Part shown: positions 26,791-36,591 of the stretch, one piece after another
How the letters are laid out: every line of letters starts with the position of its first letter
Position numbering within the stretch: the first letter of the stretch is position 1
Source of the DNA: a candidate division WOR-3 bacterium
Lineage (GTDB): Bacteria > Hydrothermota > Tepidihabitantia > Tepidihabitantales > Tepidihabitantaceae
DNA length: 64,000 nt
Direction of reading: 5' to 3'
Assembly: GCA_965649295.1 (NCBI GenBank)
Contig: CBFGKH010000009.1
Location: 24,025-88,024, forward strand
The notes under the pieces: generated by a model
Database searches by the model: none
Told to the model about the DNA's origin: nothing
The model's input: the letters and a program-made list of their open reading frames with translations, nothing else
Program-made: the position numbers and the translations under genes

Positions 26791-28920
26791 ATGTCACTTC
26801 TGTTTGTCGTCTTGGTCAGTGCGAGTGTGCCGTCTCAGTGGCAGGCTTTTACTAACACCAATTTCATAAACGACATGGTAGGGAGTGACACGATAATCTA
26901 TCTGGCGACCAACGGGGGATTGGTTGAGCTTGAGCTGATACCGACCATCCGCTCGCGTCGGACTATTGTCAATAGCGATGGTTTGCCCGATAACCGGTGT
27001 CGCTGCGTGGTTCAGGATTCTTGTGGTAATCTCTGGGTAGGTACTGATGGCGGTGGACTGGTTGTGATTGACAGGGACAGCTTTGGGGTTAGACGCTATC
27101 GCCCGGCAGAACTCGCGAGACGAATTCGTTGTCTTGCTTGGGATGGTGGGCGATTACTCGTTGGGTCTGATCAGGGGCTGTACTGCATCGATGTTAATGG
27201 GACCCTCATGGACTTTGAGGATGACGAATTGCGCTGGTTTTCGGTCGCACGCTATCCAGAGTTGTTGAGTGACCGAATCCTGGCTCTCGCTGTCTATGAC
27301 CGCTACTGGGTTGGTACAAACCTCGGTGTGTCAGCAGTCAGTCCGGAATTTCGTGACTGGCAGAGTTACCGTCGGCCGTTTGGTGACTCGGTGGCCGGTT
27401 TTGCGCAGTGGCGCGATAGTCTGCTGATTGCGACTGAGCGTGGTATTGCTATGAAACAAGGAGCTGTTTTTCGTCCGGTGTTCACTCTGGCACAGACGAC
27501 AGGAGTCTATGACCTTGTTGTCTATTCTTCGACGATCTACTTTGCCACCAAGAATGGTCTCTACGTCGGTGATAGTGCCGAGCAGTCACGGTTCCAGCTG
27601 GTACTTGGTGAAGATTGCCGCTGCCTTTGGCTCGGCAACGCCATTTGGGTGGGTTGCGGTGGTAACGAACAGGCGGGTTCCGGCATTCGCTATCTGCAAA
27701 GTGGGCAAAACTGGAACTCATTCTACAACTCATGCATTGCGTCCGATGTTGTCCTTGACTGTGCGATTGGGAATGACGGTCGGATTGCCTTTTGCCACGG
27801 TAGTGCATTGACGATGATGCCCCGGTCGGGTGAGTTCGATGTTATCTGGCCGCCGGCGCCAGTACCGGTGCAGGTTAGATTCGACAGTCAGGGCCGGATG
27901 TGGCTTGCTCACTTTGCCAGTAATGGCGGCCTCAGCGTCTTTTCATTTGGGGACAGGTCGTGGCAGACAGTCCGGTGGGGAGACTGGTCAAGCTGGAACA
28001 TCATTGACGCCTTTGGCATTGACCCCAGCGACTGTAAATGGGTGTACAACGGCGGCAATGTTGTCATTGCCATCGAGCATGACGGACGGCAGACGGTTTT
28101 CGATATTCCCGGTCTTTCGCCGCCACCAGGCGGTCTTTACGAGTTCACCTTTGACTGGACTGGTCGGACCTGGCTCGGACTTACAGTCGGGCTGGTGATG
28201 ATCGACCACAAGGGGTCGGTGTCAGACCGCTCAGACGATGAATATAGGGTAATCACTCAGGGGCTACCAGCTCCGGAGGTGAGGACCGTTGCGGCCGACA
28301 ATCGCGGGCGTATATGGGTGGGCACCGCTCAGGGAGTGGCCTGCTGGGAGGGGGGGCAATTCCGTGTTTTCACCAGGGAGAATACCGGCGGCGGTTTGCT
28401 TTCAAATAATATCTACCGCATTCGAGTCGATGCTTCTAGTCGCATTTGGGTTCTTTGTGATCAGGGACTGGCGGTCTATGACCCGGTGACAACGCGCTGG
28501 GAGAACTTCGGCGATGGCGGGCTTGTTCCGAATCCGCTTGGCATTGACCGATTCTATTCTGCACTTGATGTAAACAGCACTGCGGGAAGAGTAGTCGTGG
28601 GCACGCAGCGCGGCGCTTCGGTGCGGGATTTTGGCATCGAGCCGGCGCCGACTGCTGAACGGGTGCTCGTGTATCCGAACCCCTGCATACTTGATAGACT
28701 CAATCCCGAGAAGTCTGTTGTTATCGACAGCCTTTCTGCCGATATCACCAGTGTGATGGTTTATACAACCGACGGGCGACCCGTTGCCAGGCTGGGAGTC
28801 GATCCAGCACTGCGGCGTGCCGTTTGGAACCCGCGGTCGGTGGCAAGCGGTCTCTACCTGTTGATGGTGACTAGCAGCTTTGGAACGCGCGTAGAGCGCG
28901 TAGCGGTGGTCAGGCCCTGA
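26791..28920 (+). CDS. secreted beta-propeller protein (two-component-regulator-propeller-like repeats) with T9SS C-terminal sorting domain
   Basis: Signal peptide MSLLFVVLVSASV; repeated NxxxxxxDxxGxxWxGT propeller blades; C-terminus VLVYPNPC...LYLLMVTSSFGTRVERVAVVRP resembles T9SS CTD. Confidence 0.6.
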   Translation: MSLLFVVLVSASVPSQWQAFTNTNFINDMVGSDTIIYLATNGGLVELELIPTIRSRRTIVNSDGLPDNRCRCVVQDSCGNLWVGTDGGGLVVIDRDSFGVRRYRPAELARRIRCLAWDGGRLLVGSDQGLYCIDVNGTLMDFEDDELRWFSVARYPELLSDRILALAVYDRYWVGTNLGVSAVSPEFRDWQSYRRPFGDSVAGFAQWRDSLLIATERGIAMKQGAVFRPVFTLAQTTGVYDLVVYSSTIYFATKNGLYVGDSAEQSRFQLVLGEDCRCLWLGNAIWVGCGGNEQAGSGIRYLQSGQNWNSFYNSCIASDVVLDCAIGNDGRIAFCHGSALTMMPRSGEFDVIWPPAPVPVQVRFDSQGRMWLAHFASNGGLSVFSFGDRSWQTVRWGDWSSWNIIDAFGIDPSDCKWVYNGGNVVIAIEHDGRQTVFDIPGLSPPPGGLYEFTFDWTGRTWLGLTVGLVMIDHKGSVSDRSDDEYRVITQGLPAPEVRTVAADNRGRIWVGTAQGVACWEGGQFRVFTRENTGGGLLSNNIYRIRVDASSRIWVLCDQGLAVYDPVTTRWENFGDGGLVPNPLGIDRFYSALDVNSTAGRVVVGTQRGASVRDFGIEPAPTAERVLVYPNPCILDRLNPEKSVVIDSLSADITSVMVYTTDGRPVARLGVDPALRRAVWNPRSVASGLYLLMVTSSFGTRVERVAVVRP

Positions 28921-28932
28921 TGGCTGCGTAGG

Positions 28933-29097
28933 TCAGCGCTTGATTGGACGTCGGCGAGACGAACTGTTGCCTCTGTCCTGCTCCTCGGCCGACTCCTCCA
29001 TGCACGAGTCGAAGTAACGGCACTGCGGGCAACAATCGTCTGATAATTTGCCTTTGGCCCGACAAAGTTCGTAGCCAGAGCACGCACGACAGCACAT
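28933..29097 (-). CDS. small cysteine-rich protein (54 aa), not in ORF track
   Basis: ATG at 29095-29097 preceded by AAGGAGG with 9-nt spacer; MCCRACSGYELCRAKGKLSDDCCPQCRYFDSCMEE... (10 Cys). Confidence 0.4.
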   Translation of the reverse strand: MCCRACSGYELCRAKGKLSDDCCPQCRYFDSCMEESAEEQDRGNSSSRRRPIKR

Positions 29098-29159
29098 TGC
29101 CTACAGCCTCCTTGGGTGAAAGGAGTAAGTGTGGCGACCGACGGAGACCAGGGTTCTGT

Positions 29160-30035
29160 TCAAGACCGACCACCAACCAGTAATACTAGTTCTCGTACCA
29201 GTTCAGCGGCAACAACCGCACCGGTCGATGGTTGAACAGTTCTTGGGCACACTTCGACTAGGTCAGCACCGACGACATTAAGGTCGGCAAGGAGCGCCAG
29301 CGAGTGTACCAGTTCGCGAAACTGACATCCGCCTGGTTCAGGAGTCTGCACATCAGGCATCGTACCCGGGTCGAGAACATCGACATCAAGCGTTACATAG
29401 ACTGGACGGCTGCCGATCGCGCCGACAATGCTGCGGGTTGGTTCTGCTACATCAAAAGGAAACAGGTTCTGTTCCGACATTTCCTCGGGACGTGAGAAAG
29501 ACCTGACGCCGAGTTGGAAAAGTGCCGAGCGAGGGATGACGTCGAGGACGCGCCGCATAGCCGTGGCGTGGCAGGTTACCTCTCCGAGAAACTCGTCACG
29601 TAAATCAGAGTGGGCGTCGTACTGAATCACGCAAAGATCGGGATAGCGTCGAGCCAGTTCGGTAACGATTGGCACGGTGATAGTGTGTTCACCGCCAATA
29701 GCAACCTGTCGGCGATGAGCGTCGTAATGGGACTTGGTCACGGTGGTGATCAGTTCGAGCGGGGCGAGTGGTGTAGCGAAGCTGAACTGGATGTTACCGG
29801 CGTCGTAGATGCGGAGCCGAGCGGTATCACGTCGAAGATAGGGACTAAACGTTTCGACATTGTCGGCGCCAAGACGAGCGATGTCAGGCCCAAAGCGTGA
29901 GCCGGATGCAAAAGAACTGGTTCGGTCCAGTGGCATGCCGATAACGATTACATCAGCGTCGCTGACATCGGACTGAGCGTAGTAGAATGTCATTCTTGCA
30001 TCGAGCATAGCTGCACCGAAGTTTGAGTCAAGCAA
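29160..30035 (-). CDS. speB: agmatinase/arginase-family ureohydrolase
   Basis: 291 aa; GGEHTIT, DAHSDL, VTLDVDVLDP metal-binding motifs of the arginase fold. Confidence 0.8.
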   Translation of the reverse strand: MLDSNFGAAMLDARMTFYYAQSDVSDADVIVIGMPLDRTSSFASGSRFGPDIARLGADNVETFSPYLRRDTARLRIYDAGNIQFSFATPLAPLELITTVTKSHYDAHRRQVAIGGEHTITVPIVTELARRYPDLCVIQYDAHSDLRDEFLGEVTCHATAMRRVLDVIPRSALFQLGVRSFSRPEEMSEQNLFPFDVAEPTRSIVGAIGSRPVYVTLDVDVLDPGTMPDVQTPEPGGCQFRELVHSLALLADLNVVGADLVEVCPRTVQPSTGAVVAAELVRELVLLVGGRS

Positions 30036-30083
30036 CTGCCTAGCGTTGACAGACCCTGAGCTTGTGGTAGCCTGTCGCTGCTG

Positions 30084-31118
30084 ATGCGAGTTGTGGTTTC
30101 CGCTGCCGAACCATCGGCCGAAGTACTGGCCGCTGAACTATCTCGTGAGATTGGCGTGTTCGACAGGGACTGCGAGGTCCTGCGTCTTCAAAGTTGGGTG
30201 TCCACCGCACCGGTTTTGGGGTTTGTGCACGGTGTAGCACTCGCGGCAAGTCTAAGTCAAGCCATAGGACGGGCAGTGCAAGTTGTCGATGCGCTCAAAC
30301 CGGGGATTGTTGTGCTGATTTCCTATTCAAGCTGGCACCTTCCGTTTGGTCTCGCTTTGCGTCGGCGTGGTTATAGGGTTGTAGTACTGGCACCTCCGCA
30401 ATTCTGGGCCTGGGCAGGTTGGCGGGTTCGGCTGCTTGCCCGGGCAGCCGATGTAGTTGTCTGTCTTTTTGGGTTTGAAGAACAGCTGCTGCGGCGTAGC
30501 GGAGTCAACGCGTGTTATTTCGGCTACCCTCTATTTGATAGTATCGTGAGACAGGCGCAATGCACGCCAACGCCGAACAATGGGAGACGTTTAGTCCTTC
30601 TACCAGGGTCCAGGGCTAATGAGCTGAAATTGCATCATCGATTGTTTGTCGCCACTGCACGGATGCTCAAAGATTGGTTTCCTGACTGTTCGTGGAGATT
30701 CCTCAGTCCAACCGATGCGATGCGCTACGCCGAGATGGCCCAGGCGACTGCTGCGATCGCGGCATCAGGCACAGCAACGCTGGAGCTGGCAATTATCGGA
30801 GTACCGATGGTGGTCTGCTACCGCCTTCCGTTGGCGGAACTGGTTCTTGCCCGGCTCTTGGTGCGTACGAGGTATTTCGCACTGCCGAACATTATCGCCC
30901 GAACAAGAATTGTGCCCGAGCTACTGAATCCAAAAGTGGATGAAATAGCTGCTGCTGTGGCTACCATCTTGCAGAGCGAGGAGCGGCGTCAGGAGATGAG
31001 GGCCGCGCTAAAGGGTTTGGTCGATGTCATTGGTCCAACTGGCGCAATGTCCAAAATCGCCCGACTCATTCTTGATCTCGGTAGTAGTCATTCGCATCGA
31101 GTGATTCGGTCGGCTTGA
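30084..31118 (+). CDS. lpxB: lipid-A-disaccharide synthase
   Basis: 344 aa; LLPGSRANE, and YFALPNIIARTRIVPELL closely matching LpxB signature. Confidence 0.75.
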   Translation: MRVVVSAAEPSAEVLAAELSREIGVFDRDCEVLRLQSWVSTAPVLGFVHGVALAASLSQAIGRAVQVVDALKPGIVVLISYSSWHLPFGLALRRRGYRVVVLAPPQFWAWAGWRVRLLARAADVVVCLFGFEEQLLRRSGVNACYFGYPLFDSIVRQAQCTPTPNNGRRLVLLPGSRANELKLHHRLFVATARMLKDWFPDCSWRFLSPTDAMRYAEMAQATAAIAASGTATLELAIIGVPMVVCYRLPLAELVLARLLVRTRYFALPNIIARTRIVPELLNPKVDEIAAAVATILQSEERRQEMRAALKGLVDVIGPTGAMSKIARLILDLGSSHSHRVIRSA

Positions 31119-31152
31119 CTTCGATACGGCTTTCAATATCCTAAGCGCACCT

Positions 31153-32274
31153 ATGGCACACGCATATACTCCCGGCTTGAAAGTCACTGCCCGGACTTTG
31201 GTTCGTAAGCAGCGTCGTCTTCCGTTGCCGGGTGAGACTCTTGTGGTTCAGGGTGAACAGGTGACGGGTGACACGATTGTTGCACGGACGGAATTGCCGG
31301 GTAACGTTCAGACAGTGAACGTCGGCGGTTTGCTGGGTGTTCCACCGGAAGATGTTCCGAGTCTGATGACCAAGCGGGTCGGCGACACTGTCAAGAAAGA
31401 CGAAGTCATTGCTCTTTCGAAGGGTTTTCTCGGTCTTTTTAAGTCGGAGGTCAGAGCGCCAGTTGCTGGGACAATTGAGAATGTGTCGCCGGTCACAGGT
31501 CAGGTCATTCTGCGGGAGCCGCCGGAGCCAGTTCAAATTGATGCCTATGTCGCAGGCATCGTCAGTGAGGTGATTCCCCGTGAAGGGGTGATTATTGAGA
31601 CTGAGGCGAGCCTCGTTCAGGGCATCTTCGGGGTCGGCGGCGAGGTTCGTGGCGCAATCAGGTTGATTGCCAAGTCACCTGATGATGTAGTTACTGCCGA
31701 GCAAATTGGTGCCGACTGCCAGGGTAAGGTCCTGATTGGTGGGTCACTGATTACTTATGAGGCGATTGCCGCAGCTCTTGAGGTTGGAGCCAAAGCTATC
31801 ATCGCTGGTGGCATTGAGGATGGGACTCTGCGGAAATTCCTTGGTTACGACATTGGCGTGGCAATCACCGGCTCTGAGAAGAAGGGGCTCACATTGGTTG
31901 CGACTGAAGGTTTTGGTCGTATGCGAATGGCTGGACGGACGTTCGAACTGTTGCGGTCGCTCGAGGGAAGAATGGCATCAGTGAATGGTGCTACTCAGAT
32001 TCGCGCCGGCGTTATTAGGCCGGAAGTTATTGTCCCGGCTGCCGAGAAAGGAATCGAGACGAGCAGGAGTCAGATTGAACAGGGGTTGGCCCTCGGCTTG
32101 CCAGTGCGCATCATTCGTCAGCCGCACTTCGGTGAAATCGGCCGCGTGATTGATCTGCCGGTTGAGCTTCAGGAGATTGAGACCGAGGCACGCTGTCGGG
32201 TGCTGACGGTTGAACTTGAAACTGGCGAACGCGTGACTCTGCCACGTGCCAACGTTGAGATAATCGAAGGCTAG
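31153..32274 (+). CDS. hypothetical protein with N-terminal barrel-sandwich-hybrid (biotin/lipoyl-like) fold signature; NqrA/RnfC-N-terminal-like
   Basis: 373 aa; GDTVKKDEVIA...APVAGTI pattern and central Gly-rich Rossmann-like segment; no Cys clusters; family not confidently recognised. Confidence 0.35.
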   Translation: MAHAYTPGLKVTARTLVRKQRRLPLPGETLVVQGEQVTGDTIVARTELPGNVQTVNVGGLLGVPPEDVPSLMTKRVGDTVKKDEVIALSKGFLGLFKSEVRAPVAGTIENVSPVTGQVILREPPEPVQIDAYVAGIVSEVIPREGVIIETEASLVQGIFGVGGEVRGAIRLIAKSPDDVVTAEQIGADCQGKVLIGGSLITYEAIAAALEVGAKAIIAGGIEDGTLRKFLGYDIGVAITGSEKKGLTLVATEGFGRMRMAGRTFELLRSLEGRMASVNGATQIRAGVIRPEVIVPAAEKGIETSRSQIEQGLALGLPVRIIRQPHFGEIGRVIDLPVELQEIETEARCRVLTVELETGERVTLPRANVEIIEG

Positions 32275-32277
32275 GTC

Positions 32278-33168
32278 TTGCTGCGGTCGTTGCTGCTGCT
32301 GCTACTGCCTTTGACTCTAACAAATGGCACAGGAAGGAAAGAAGGGTTCTCGTCGCTCAAGATACTGCCGGGTGCACGCGAAGCAGGGATGGGGGGGAGT
32401 GGTGTCGCCGTCGCTTTCGGCCCGCAGGCTATTGCTCTTAACCCGGCAGCGGTGGCCGAGTTCAGAACATTTGGCGTTGCTGTCGGTTACACCGATTGGT
32501 TGTTGGATACCCGTCTTCAATCGGTATTCGCCGGTCGCAAGTTAAGCTGGCTGGCAGTTGCGGTTGGTGTAGTGAGCTTTACCGGTGGCCAGTTCGAGTA
32601 CCGGCTCAAACCGAGTGACGAGCCGTTGGGAACATTTGAGCCAACGGACCTGTCGGTCTATACATCGCTTGGTCGGATGCTTGGACGCAAGGTCAGCTTT
32701 GGCCTGACCGGTCGTTTTTTTACTGCTCGACTGCTTGAACACAGTGCTAGCGGGTTTGGTATTGATGTCGGTCTGCGGTTGCGACCTATTGCCGGGGTCG
32801 CACTAGGCGCATCGCTCGTTGATTTTGGACGAACCCCCTACTACGAACGTGAGGTTTTCTGGTTACCGACTCGTGTCCGGCTTGGAGCTGGTTATGATTG
32901 GCGTTTAGCTGCGCAGTTGCGTCTAGCGCTGGCGCTCGACGGCAGTTACTATCTCTACCAGAAAGGATTAGGCGGTCACTTCGGACTCGAGCTCGTTTGG
33001 AATGACATGTTAGCAATTCGGGGCGGTTACGAGGCGACTGCTGGTGTTGGTCGTATGAGCGGCGGTCTCGGACTGCGATCAGGTCTATTCGGCGTTGATT
33101 ACGCGTTGGCGTCGCTCGCAGCTGGTTTCGGTGTTGTTCAACGTTTTGGAGTTTCATTAGGGCGTTAG
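32278..33168 (+). CDS. PorV/PorQ-family (FadL-like) outer-membrane beta-barrel protein, PorQ-like
   Basis: Signal peptide; GAREAGMGGSGVA...NPA motif shared with the PorV-like protein at 50167; ends in aromatic-rich beta-strand pattern. Confidence 0.45.
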   Translation: MLRSLLLLLLPLTLTNGTGRKEGFSSLKILPGAREAGMGGSGVAVAFGPQAIALNPAAVAEFRTFGVAVGYTDWLLDTRLQSVFAGRKLSWLAVAVGVVSFTGGQFEYRLKPSDEPLGTFEPTDLSVYTSLGRMLGRKVSFGLTGRFFTARLLEHSASGFGIDVGLRLRPIAGVALGASLVDFGRTPYYEREVFWLPTRVRLGAGYDWRLAAQLRLALALDGSYYLYQKGLGGHFGLELVWNDMLAIRGGYEATAGVGRMSGGLGLRSGLFGVDYALASLAAGFGVVQRFGVSLGR

Positions 33169-33176
33169 GGGGCACA

Positions 33177-34121
33177 ATGGCTGAGGGCTGGCTGGATTTC
33201 GAGGAACCACTAGCTCAACTTGTCTCACGACTAGAAGAACTGACGGCTATCGGTGCAAGAGATGAAGCGGCTCGGGTTAGCGAACAGATTCAAAAGCTCA
33301 AGACCAAGCTATATTCGGATCTTACGCCCTGGCAGCGGGTGCTACTTGCTCGTCATCCACGTCGGCCGTACATTCTTGATTACATTCCGCGGATTACGAG
33401 TGAGTTCGTAGAATTGCATGGCGACCGCCGTTTCGCCGACGATCCGGCGCTGGTGGCTGGTTTTGGTTTGATTGACGGAATCCCTTTTGCCATCGTTGGT
33501 CAACAGAAAGGACGCGACACCAAGGAGAAGCTTGCCCGTAACTTCGGAATGCCTCACCCAGAGGGCTACCGTAAGGCATTGCGGGTGATGGAGCTTGCCG
33601 CCAGGTTTGGTCGGCCGATTCTGTCGCTGGTGGATGTTGCTGGCGCCTATCCTGGTGTTGGGGCGGAGGAGCGTGGTCAGGCAGAGGCGATTGCGACCTG
33701 CCTGCGGGAAATGGCAATGCTGCCGGTGCCATTTGTTTCAATCATCACTGGTGAGGGTGGTTCGGGTGGGGCTCTGGCGATTGCTGTCGGTAATCGTGTA
33801 CTAATGCAGGAGAACGCGGTCTATTCGGTCATTACGCCAGAAGGATGTGCTTCGATTCTCTGGCGTGATGGTTCTCGGGCAGAAGAAGCGGCCAAGGTGA
33901 TGCGAATGACCGCTCGGGAGCTGGCGGATTTTGGTATTATTGATGGCATCGTGCCTGAGCCCTTGGGCGGTGCCCACCAGGATTGGGACGAAGCAGCTCA
34001 ACTACTCAAGGCAGCAGTCCTGGCTAACTACCGGGAGCTTGTAGGCTTGGCCCCGCAGGAGCTCGTCGAGCGACGTATCGAGCGGCTACGTGGCATTGGC
34101 GCATATGCCAACAGCGCCTGA
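33177..34121 (+). CDS. accA: acetyl-CoA carboxylase carboxyltransferase alpha subunit
   Basis: 314 aa; WLDFEEP...LTPWQRVLLARHPRRPY...GGSGGALA pattern. Confidence 0.85.
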   Translation: MAEGWLDFEEPLAQLVSRLEELTAIGARDEAARVSEQIQKLKTKLYSDLTPWQRVLLARHPRRPYILDYIPRITSEFVELHGDRRFADDPALVAGFGLIDGIPFAIVGQQKGRDTKEKLARNFGMPHPEGYRKALRVMELAARFGRPILSLVDVAGAYPGVGAEERGQAEAIATCLREMAMLPVPFVSIITGEGGSGGALAIAVGNRVLMQENAVYSVITPEGCASILWRDGSRAEEAAKVMRMTARELADFGIIDGIVPEPLGGAHQDWDEAAQLLKAAVLANYRELVGLAPQELVERRIERLRGIGAYANSA

Positions 34122-35007
34122 GTCGGCGTCGGTCTTTCGCTCCGGCTACGTTGCACTTATTGGCATGCCCAATGCTGGCAAGTCCACACTAGTTAATGCT
34201 CTTTTGCAGTTGCACATTGTGGCGGTCGCGCCACGCCCGCAGACGACTAGACATCGAATTCTCGGCATACTGAACGGCCCGGACCATCAGATTCTCCTTA
34301 TCGATACGCCAGGGCTGCTTCAGCCGAAGTATGCTTTGCAGAAACTGATGAAGCTTGAGATCGAACGGGCGCTAGGCGATGCCGACCTGGTGCTCGCAGT
34401 TGTGGATGCAACCGTCGGGTTGGAGCAGCTCGATCGCCTACTGCCAATTGTCGCTGGTCGGCGAGCATTGTTTGCTGTGAACAAGGTAGATGCGATCAAA
34501 GACAAGACATTGTTGCTGCCAATCGCCGAGAGATTGGCAGCGGCTGGGCAGAATGATGTGCTGATGGTTTCGGCATTACGAGGAGATGGAATTGTTGAAC
34601 TCCGGCAGGCAATTGTTCGTCTGTTACCGCCGGGTCCTGCATTCTATCCGCAAGACCAAGTGACAGCACTGAACGAGCGCTTCTTTGTTGCCGAGTTCAT
34701 TCGCGAGGCAATCTTCAATCTCTACGGAGCGGAGATACCATACTCGACGACCGTGGAGATAGAGGAATTTGTTGAGCGCGAGGGACGCAAGGACTACATC
34801 AAGGCAGTAATCTATGTTGAACGTGAGTCGCAAAAGGCGATTCTTATCGGTAAAGACGGTAAGGCGCTCAAGCGCGTCGGAGCTGCCGCCCGTCGCAATA
34901 TCGAGGCGTTTCTGGAACGACCAGTCTATCTGGAGCTTTGGGTCAAGGTGGCAGAGGCCTGGCGTGAGAATGAGCGTTTCATCAGACAGCACATCTACGG
35001 CCACTGA
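34090..35007 (+). CDS. era: GTPase Era
   Basis: SGYVALIGMPNAGKSTL G1, DTPG, NKVD motifs, C-terminal KH domain; start may be the internal Met. Confidence 0.85.
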   Translation: MALAHMPTAPESASVFRSGYVALIGMPNAGKSTLVNALLQLHIVAVAPRPQTTRHRILGILNGPDHQILLIDTPGLLQPKYALQKLMKLEIERALGDADLVLAVVDATVGLEQLDRLLPIVAGRRALFAVNKVDAIKDKTLLLPIAERLAAAGQNDVLMVSALRGDGIVELRQAIVRLLPPGPAFYPQDQVTALNERFFVAEFIREAIFNLYGAEIPYSTTVEIEEFVEREGRKDYIKAVIYVERESQKAILIGKDGKALKRVGAAARRNIEAFLERPVYLELWVKVAEAWRENERFIRQHIYGH

Positions 35008-35389
35008 GGTCCGGGAGCAGTTTTCAGATCGTACGTAACACCTTCGGGTACAGTACTTATACGCAGGGCCCGGGACGTCTTGGGACAGTTGATGCGAAAT
35101 CGCGCCCGTTCTAGATGAGCCGAGTGTGCTGGCTGAAATGGGGTACTTGTCCGTCTCCCGTTGGTGCTTTCTATCTCCTTGTGGGTTCGCATGATTTATC
35201 TGTGCTTTTTGTCTATGCTATAGCTGCTGATCAGGCTGGGGAGAAACCGGCGACCGATGTTGATATGATGTGTTCTTGTTGTTGCCGACGAGAGAGGTCA
35301 ACGCTTACTCCCTTTCTTGATGAATATCGTCCTTGCGGTTTTGACGTGCGCACGATGCTATTGAGCCTTACGCCTGGCGGGTTGAATGC

Positions 35390-35417
35390 TTGACTTGCTT
35401 GGGCTTGAGTTTATGAT
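35390..35417 (+). promoter_or_regulatory. putative sigma-70 promoter (TTGACT-N16-TATGAT) 8 nt upstream of ogt start
   Basis: -35 35390-35395, -10 35412-35417, start codon 35426. Confidence 0.35.
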
Positions 35418-35425
35418 AGCGGCCA

Positions 35426-35929
35426 GTGCGTATTGCCAGCAGACCACGCAGGTACAGTCGGAGCTGTAGGTTTGGCCCCGGTGGTGTCCGAGTCTGCTTC
35501 GATTCAGGTCGTGTCGCCGGTGTTGATTTCGTTACCAGGCTCACGGCGCACGACACTGACCTTGTCCGTTTGCTTGAGCGTGCGCTGGACGGTCGGCCGC
35601 TTCACGGTGGCCAGAAGCTCGTGTCATTCTGTCAGTCGAGCTTCACCCGCCGTGTCCTTGCGGTCTGCGCCAAGATTAGGCCGGGAAGCGTCATGACCTA
35701 CGCTGAGCTAGCGAGAGCTGCTGGCCGACCCAATGCCGCACGGGCTGTGGGCCAGGTGATGCGGCACAATCGGTTCCCGCTGTTCATTCCCTGCCACCGT
35801 GTTGTCTGTTCTGATTTTCGGCTTGGCGGATTCAGTGGCGGCTTGAAGATGAAAGAGTTTTTGCTTGAGCGTGAGGGCTGGCAGTTTGCCGGTGCTGGCC
35901 GTAGTCGGCGGTTGGTAGCTATAGGATGA
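35426..35929 (+). CDS. ogt: methylated-DNA-[protein]-cysteine S-methyltransferase
   Basis: 167 aa; C-terminal domain with RAVGQVMRHNRFPLFIPCHRVV active-site PCHRV motif. Confidence 0.8.
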   Translation: MRIASRPRRYSRSCRFGPGGVRVCFDSGRVAGVDFVTRLTAHDTDLVRLLERALDGRPLHGGQKLVSFCQSSFTRRVLAVCAKIRPGSVMTYAELARAAGRPNAARAVGQVMRHNRFPLFIPCHRVVCSDFRLGGFSGGLKMKEFLLEREGWQFAGAGRSRRLVAIG

Positions 35930-36546
35930 GTCTGCGGGTTGAGAGAATCGTCGTAGGCCCACTGGCAACGAATTGCTACGTTGTTGAGTCGGCAAACGAG
36001 CTGGCGGTGATCGATCCCGGTGCAGAGGCGGATTCGATCCTTGCCAGGGTTACCGAATTGGGCGGGGTGGTTCGTTTTGTGATTGACACGCACGGTCACA
36101 TTGACCACATTGGTGCGAATCGGCCACTGATCGAAGCTACTGGCGCCCCATTGTTGATTGGTGAATTGGATGCTGCAATGCTGATGCAGCCTGACCAGAG
36201 CTTGGCTTTCATGCTTGGTGCAAAGGTTGACGCGCTGACGCCAACGCGATTGTTACGCGACGGCGATCGACTCCAAGTTGGTCAGCATGAGCTCTCGGTC
36301 ATGCATACGCCTGGGCACACGCCGGGCGGAATCTGTCTAATTGGTGACGGCCTAGCATTCACTGGGGACACGCTTTTTTTGGATTCGATCGGCCGAGTTG
36401 ACTTTCCGGGCGGGTCGGAGGAGCAAATGATGGCTTCACTGCAGCGGTTGCAGATGGTGTTGCGACGTGATATGATGCTGTACCCCGGCCATGGCGAACC
36501 AGGCAGTTTTTGCCGGGCGTTACTTATCAACCCTTTTCTGCATTGA
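35926..36546 (+). CDS. MBL-fold metallo-hydrolase (hydroxyacylglutathione hydrolase-like)
   Basis: HGHIDHIG (HxHxDH) and downstream MHTPGHTPG motifs; 206 aa. Confidence 0.75.
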   Translation: MSLRVERIVVGPLATNCYVVESANELAVIDPGAEADSILARVTELGGVVRFVIDTHGHIDHIGANRPLIEATGAPLLIGELDAAMLMQPDQSLAFMLGAKVDALTPTRLLRDGDRLQVGQHELSVMHTPGHTPGGICLIGDGLAFTGDTLFLDSIGRVDFPGGSEEQMMASLQRLQMVLRRDMMLYPGHGEPGSFCRALLINPFLH

Positions 36547-36591
36547 CTGTGGGTGGCGATGAACATTAGTGAATAGATGAGAGGAGGCAAT

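Noticed and set aside
28944-29183. 79-aa plus-strand ORF and 88-aa minus-strand ORF between the propeller protein and agmatinase
   Set aside because: Neither has an RBS or a recognisable product. The 54-aa Cys-rich minus-strand ORF with AAGGAGG explains the interval better.
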